Assembly: GCA_900128585.1 (NCBI GenBank)
Contig: LT642150.1
Coordinates: 1 to 64,000 of the forward strand
Direction: 5' to 3'
Length of the DNA stretch: 64,000 nt
Origin: Stramenopiles sp. TOSAG23-3
Taxonomy: Eukaryota
Of the stretch, positions 61,596 to 64,000 are shown piece by piece (position 1 is the first letter of the stretch; every line of letters begins with the position of its first letter). The translations under genes were made by a program, and so were the position numbers. The notes under the pieces are model-generated. The model saw only the letters and a list, made by a program, of their open reading frames with translations, did not search any database and was not told where the DNA came from.

Positions 61596-62088
61596 GAGAG
61601 TCGTGCGGTTCAATTTTCCACCCGCCGCTGTGATAAATGGCTCTGAAAATTCTCTTGGCGCCTACGTGTGGTTCAAAAATATACCGCGGGGTGGGGATTC
61701 CCATCCGATGAAAAAGCGTATGATATTTTTTCGATGATAATTATACATTGGTATATACACACAGTTTGGTGCTCTAATGTGAATGGGGGCGCCTGGTGAG
61801 GGGTAGACGGAGGAGGAGGAGGGAGAAAGAGAGATGTTGGATGGGGGTGGAGGCAGCAGGAGCAGACAGCAGGTGAAAAGAAGAGAGAAGAAGAGAAAAG
61901 GTGGGGGGATGGTGTCGTGGCACGTAAAAAAATAAAATACGGAAGCAATACGATATGAAAATTTCGTTGAACTTCTTTCATACTTAAACAGTTGAGGGAA
62001 AAAAATAATTCTTTCACTAATTGATAACAAACCAAGGGGTTTCAAGCCAATTTATCGCATTATCGGTCTATTTTGCAGTTGGTAACAC

Positions 62089-63324
62089 TTAAATCAACCA
62101 AATGCACACGACCGTCGTATTGTCTTGGGATCCTCGGCGCATTGCCTCCTCGACTAAGTATTGACCCATTCGCTCCCTTCGTCGTTCCATTCCGGCGCGA
62201 ATTCCCACTCTTGGCTCTGAGTCATTCCCCGGGTCTTTCAGGGCGTCGTACGCATTCACGGCAGAGTTACCGTCGTGCCCAACGCCCACCATTACGTTCT
62301 TGCAGAAATCAACAGCTTCTTGACTACTCATAACGTCCCATAAACCGTCGGATGCCACAATAATGAACTGGTCCTCTGTTGGCGAACGTTCAACTTTCTT
62401 GATGTCAGGTTCCGCCGTAACGAATGGAGCTTCCGCATGATCGCCCATAGACCGGGACAGAGCTAAATTCCCATTCACGCGCCAGGCCCCCATGGTTGGA
62501 ACAGGGGCCCCGTCGTCGTCCCGCCACCCGTACCATGATACCACACCACCTAAATCTTCAATGCGCTTCCTTTCCTCGGGATCATTCGGTTTATGGTCGT
62601 CTGTTAAGTCTATCGCCTCGCCGTTGCGGCACAATACGGCTCTCGAATCGCCCACGTTAATAGCCCACATATACTTGTCCACCAGCATAATGGCTACTGC
62701 GGTTGATCCTACGTGCTGCCAATCGGTCATTTCAATAATTTCTTTTTGTACACGATGAAATGCCGCTACCAACGCACTGCCAATATCTTTTCCGAACGAC
62801 TTAATGCCAAGGAATGAGCCCTGTGACTCTATTTCGTCCTCCACTACTTGGTACAAACGTTTTCGTAAATATTCGGAGACGGCGCCCCCACCGTGGCCAT
62901 CGTACACTGCAAAAAAGGAGCCATCGTCGGAAATAAAGTACTCATCCTCCATGTACTGTCTCGGCCCTTTCGTCAAAAAGCAGGATGCCCCTGAGCACTG
63001 TCTCCAACTTTTTAGTTTGACTTCTTGTCGACCCGAGTTGTGTCGGACGCCCTTCCTTATCCCAAGTTCAACGAAACTTACCTCTGCCTCAGAATCGTCT
63101 GAACCTGAGCACTCTAAATGAGCAGCGGCAACACCACTCGTAAGCATCAACACACCCAACCCCGACGCGAAACGACCGTTCTGCAAAATTGACCATGCAC
63201 CAGCCTGGTCCCCGTGGCATCGACGGTGAAAAAAATGTCGCCGCTGGAGTTGAATACCCACAACGTTTCGAACCGAACGCGGCTGGCAAACGGAACACCG
63301 CCTCAAAAGTTGGTTGAGGAACAT
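62089..63324 (-). CDS. PP2C/PPM protein phosphatase, probably mitochondrial
   Basis: RQYMED, VYDGHGG, GSTA, NVGDSRAV, DHKP, LALSRSMGD, ASDGLWD and GSQDNTT; Arg-rich transit-like N-terminus from ATG 63324. Confidence 0.93.
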   Translation of the reverse strand: MFLNQLLRRCSVCQPRSVRNVVGIQLQRRHFFHRRCHGDQAGAWSILQNGRFASGLGVLMLTSGVAAAHLECSGSDDSEAEVSFVELGIRKGVRHNSGRQEVKLKSWRQCSGASCFLTKGPRQYMEDEYFISDDGSFFAVYDGHGGGAVSEYLRKRLYQVVEDEIESQGSFLGIKSFGKDIGSALVAAFHRVQKEIIEMTDWQHVGSTAVAIMLVDKYMWAINVGDSRAVLCRNGEAIDLTDDHKPNDPEERKRIEDLGGVVSWYGWRDDDGAPVPTMGAWRVNGNLALSRSMGDHAEAPFVTAEPDIKKVERSPTEDQFIIVASDGLWDVMSSQEAVDFCKNVMVGVGHDGNSAVNAYDALKDPGNDSEPRVGIRAGMERRRERMGQYLVEEAMRRGSQDNTTVVCIWLI

Positions 63325-63862
63325 GCTGGCCTCCAACTACTTTGTCGAATGCTGTATCTGCCTGTGATTGTTGAAGAAACTGATTAGTGGCCTGTAAAGT
63401 TAAAAAACGGGGCAATTGATTGCATGTTAAGCAGTTTTGATCACTAATTGAACGTTTAGTATTTTAATGGACATTCATATTCATCATCATTATAATAATA
63501 ATAAATTATTATTATGTTGTAGCGGATAATATTATTAATCAGATTCAGTGATGGGGGATGGTGGATGGTGTGTGGTGGTTTGTTATTATTATTACATTAT
63601 TATTACATTGTATTACATTGTATTATTATATCTTTTCTCAGGACTCAGGACTCACTCGGGTATAAAATATAAAATATAAAGTACAAGCAAAAACAGAGGC
63701 GAGTCAAATATTAAATATACACAACAGTAAGTATAAGTATACCAGGGTATTTGTTTAAAACAATAATAATAAGTTCTACTATACGGAATCAGTACAACTA
63801 AATATATATACACAGGCAGGAAATCATATTTTATGTATTAATATTATTATTGTTACATACAG

Positions 63863-63933
63863 TAGAAGATACACAGAGTAAACTTGACATCTTACAGTAT
63901 TATAGAAGATACACAGAGTAAACTTGACATCTT
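63863..63933. repeat. Two identical 31-bp direct repeats, 40-bp period
   Basis: TAGAAGATACACAGAGTAAACTTGACATCTT at 63863-63893 and 63903-63933, separated by 9 nt. Confidence 0.95.
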
Positions 63934-64000
63934 CAACAAAAAATAATTAGAGTAAAAAAAAAAAAATAGAAAATATAAAAAAAATCATCATCGTCGCCTC

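Noticed and set aside
63863-63933. CRISPR-like 31-bp repeats
   Set aside because: Only two units, a 9-nt spacer, no cas genes and a eukaryotic context.
1-64000. Alternative genetic code or programmed frameshifts
   Set aside because: Conserved proteins translate full-length in the standard code, and TAA, TAG and TGA are all used as stops at expected C-termini.

Overview
Compact, gene-dense nuclear DNA from a flagellated microbial eukaryote. DAW1/ODA16 is present, and the protein content fits a heterotrophic stramenopile-like protist, though that taxon is an inference. There are 29 protein-coding regions, apparently all intron-free, separated by very AT-rich low-complexity spacers. Recognisable genes: a partial EDR2_C/DUF1336 gene (missed by the ORF track), exportin-5, three ankyrin proteins, a 34-kDa actin-bundling EF-hand homologue, PUS10, SLY1/SCFD1, dUTPase, a TMTC-like transferase, a TSNAXIP1-like protein, kinesin-6, NAD-dependent MTD1, cereblon, RAD50, riboflavin kinase, a PPP phosphatase, an AGMAT/GbuA ureohydrolase, a flavin amine oxidase, an aberrant ARF-like GTPase, a cationic amino acid transporter, a MATE-like transporter, DAW1, a TPR-CxxCxxCC protein, LACTB2 and PP2C. 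I saw no rRNA, tRNA, CRISPR array or transposase. The most interesting signals are: (1) a secreted protein of 14 Cys/Gly/Tyr decapeptide repeats, probably a disulfide-braced solenoid with a Tyr ladder; (2) a short dispersed repeat with a telomere-like tail at three convergent 3' junctions; (3) a possible arginine/agmatine catabolism neighbourhood; (4) a bacterial-type CxxCxxCC domain fused to TPR; (5) a CCAAT/E2F/CHR-like module upstream of dUTPase and recurrent intergenic motifs (TGCTGTG, TAGACGACTA); and (6) a 67-bp hairpin with two alternative folds. All functional calls come from motif recognition by eye; no database searches were run.
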